Shown: one piece after another, positions 12,882 through 13,912 of the stretch
Layout of the letters: every line of letters starts with the position of its first letter
Numbering within the stretch: position 1 is the first letter of the stretch
Assembly: GCA_965648935.1 (NCBI GenBank)
Contig: CBFGIY010000065.1
Coordinates: forward strand, 1 to 13,912
Reading direction: 5' to 3'
Origin: a candidate division WOR-3 bacterium
GTDB taxonomy: Bacteria > Hydrothermota > Tepidihabitantia > Tepidihabitantales > Tepidihabitantaceae
Length of the DNA: 13,912 nt
The notes under the pieces: model-generated
What the model was told of the DNA's origin: nothing
Database searches by the model: none
The model's input: the letters and a program-made list of their open reading frames with translations, nothing else
Translations under genes and position numbers: made by a program

Positions 12882-13912
12882 ATGCCTGCGGAATACGACG
12901 CTTCCGAAGCCGGCCTGCGACTGCTCGAGCTCGCCCGCGGCCGGTCCGAGCAGGCCGAGGTATACGGCGCCGAGGTCGACAGCACGACGGTGCGGTTCCG
13001 CTCCGGTAGCTTCCACTCGCGCGAGACGAGCCTGACCCACGGTTTCGGGCTGCGCGTGGTGCGCGCCGGCCGCGTCGGGTTCGCCTCGACGACCGACCCA
13101 TCCCGGCTCGAGGAGACGGCCGAGGCGGCGCTGGGCGCGGCGGCGCTGGGCCGGCTCGCGCGCTTCGCCCTGCCCCACCGCGCCGAGTCGGGCGAGGTGA
13201 CGACCTACGACAACCGCGTCATCGTGCTGCGCGCCGAGCGGCTCGTCGAGTGGGGCCGCGAGCTCTGCGAGGCGGTCGCGGCGCGCGTGCCCGACCTCAA
13301 GCTCGACCTGACCCTGCGCAAGGTCTACCGCGAGGTCGAGATTGTCAACAGCCGGGGCCTGGACACCGGCTACACCCGCGCCGAGCTCGACATCTCGGTC
13401 GAGGGCCTGCTCGTCGGCGACGGCCTGTCCTGGATATGGGAGTGGCGCAACCTCGCCGACGGCCGGCCGTTCCCGATCGGCGAGCTGGCCGACGAGATCG
13501 AGCGCCGCGCCCGGCTCTCGCGCCGGCGCGCGCGACTGGCCGCCGGCGTCTGGCCGGTGGTGTTCATGCCGTCGGCGCTGTGGCCCCTGCTCGCGCCGCT
13601 CGCCGCAGCCGCCAACGGCGTCGAGCTGCAGAAGGGCACCTCGGTGCTCGCCGGCCGCGAGGACCAGCCCGTGCTCGACCGCCAGCTCACCATCGCCGAC
13701 GACGGCCTGCGCGACTGGGGAACCGCCTCGGCCCCGATCGACGACGAGGGCGTGGCCCGGCGGCGCAACTGCCTGTTCGACGAGGGCCGGTTCCGGGGAT
13801 TCCTCTTCGACCTGGTAACGGCCGCGGCCTGCGGCCGGACCACGACCGGCTCGGCCGCGCGCGACTATGCCAGCCCCCACGGCCCGGCCCGAGCAACATC
13901 ACGGTCGAGCCC
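12882..13912 (+). CDS. pmbA: TldE/PmbA subunit, 3'-truncated, with an apparent 1-nt deletion near 13874-13878
   Basis: Not in the ORF track because it has no stop in the window. ATG 2 nt after the tldD stop. AEVY, GFGLRVVRAGRVGFAST, NSRGL, KGTS, LTIADD, IDDEGV, FLFD, TGSA. No HExxxH, as expected for TldE. Confidence 0.88.
   Translation, partial: MPAEYDASEAGLRLLELARGRSEQAEVYGAEVDSTTVRFRSGSFHSRETSLTHGFGLRVVRAGRVGFASTTDPSRLEETAEAALGAAALGRLARFALPHRAESGEVTTYDNRVIVLRAERLVEWGRELCEAVAARVPDLKLDLTLRKVYREVEIVNSRGLDTGYTRAELDISVEGLLVGDGLSWIWEWRNLADGRPFPIGELADEIERRARLSRRRARLAAGVWPVVFMPSALWPLLAPLAAAANGVELQKGTSVLAGREDQPVLDRQLTIADDGLRDWGTASAPIDDEGVARRRNCLFDEGRFRGFLFDLVTAAACGRTTTGSAARDYASPHGPARATSRSS

Noticed and set aside
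1..13912. CRISPR array, tRNA/rRNA, IS elements
   Set aside because: No regularly spaced repeats, cloverleaf or rRNA-like sequence, transposase or terminal inverted repeats were seen.

Overview
GC-rich bacterial window. The FlgD/T9SS-like C-terminal sorting domain on the first protein suggests an FCB-group or WOR-3-like lineage (inference only). Gene order: truncated secreted FN3 protein, SAM methyltransferase, BCP peroxiredoxin, a low-GC GmrSD-like (DUF262+HNH) defence gene, a lipoprotein, a cyclophilin (minus strand), two small hypothetical genes and an ICMT-family methyltransferase, a large membrane protein with FG-GAP-like repeats and a degenerate histidine-kinase-like tail, an atypical REC-AAA+-Fis sigma54 activator, then tldD and tldE/pmbA (truncated). 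The main result lies in the 11095-11508 intergenic region. It holds a complete sigma54 promoter (two palindromic enhancer sites 21 bp apart, a perfect IHF consensus and a perfect -24/-12 element) driving a ~170-nt structured, terminated transcript with no credible ORF. With the upstream genes this looks like a candidate signalling module of pseudo-kinase sensor, atypical bEBP and sigma54 sRNA that I do not recognise. No database searches were run, so all family calls rest on motif recognition.
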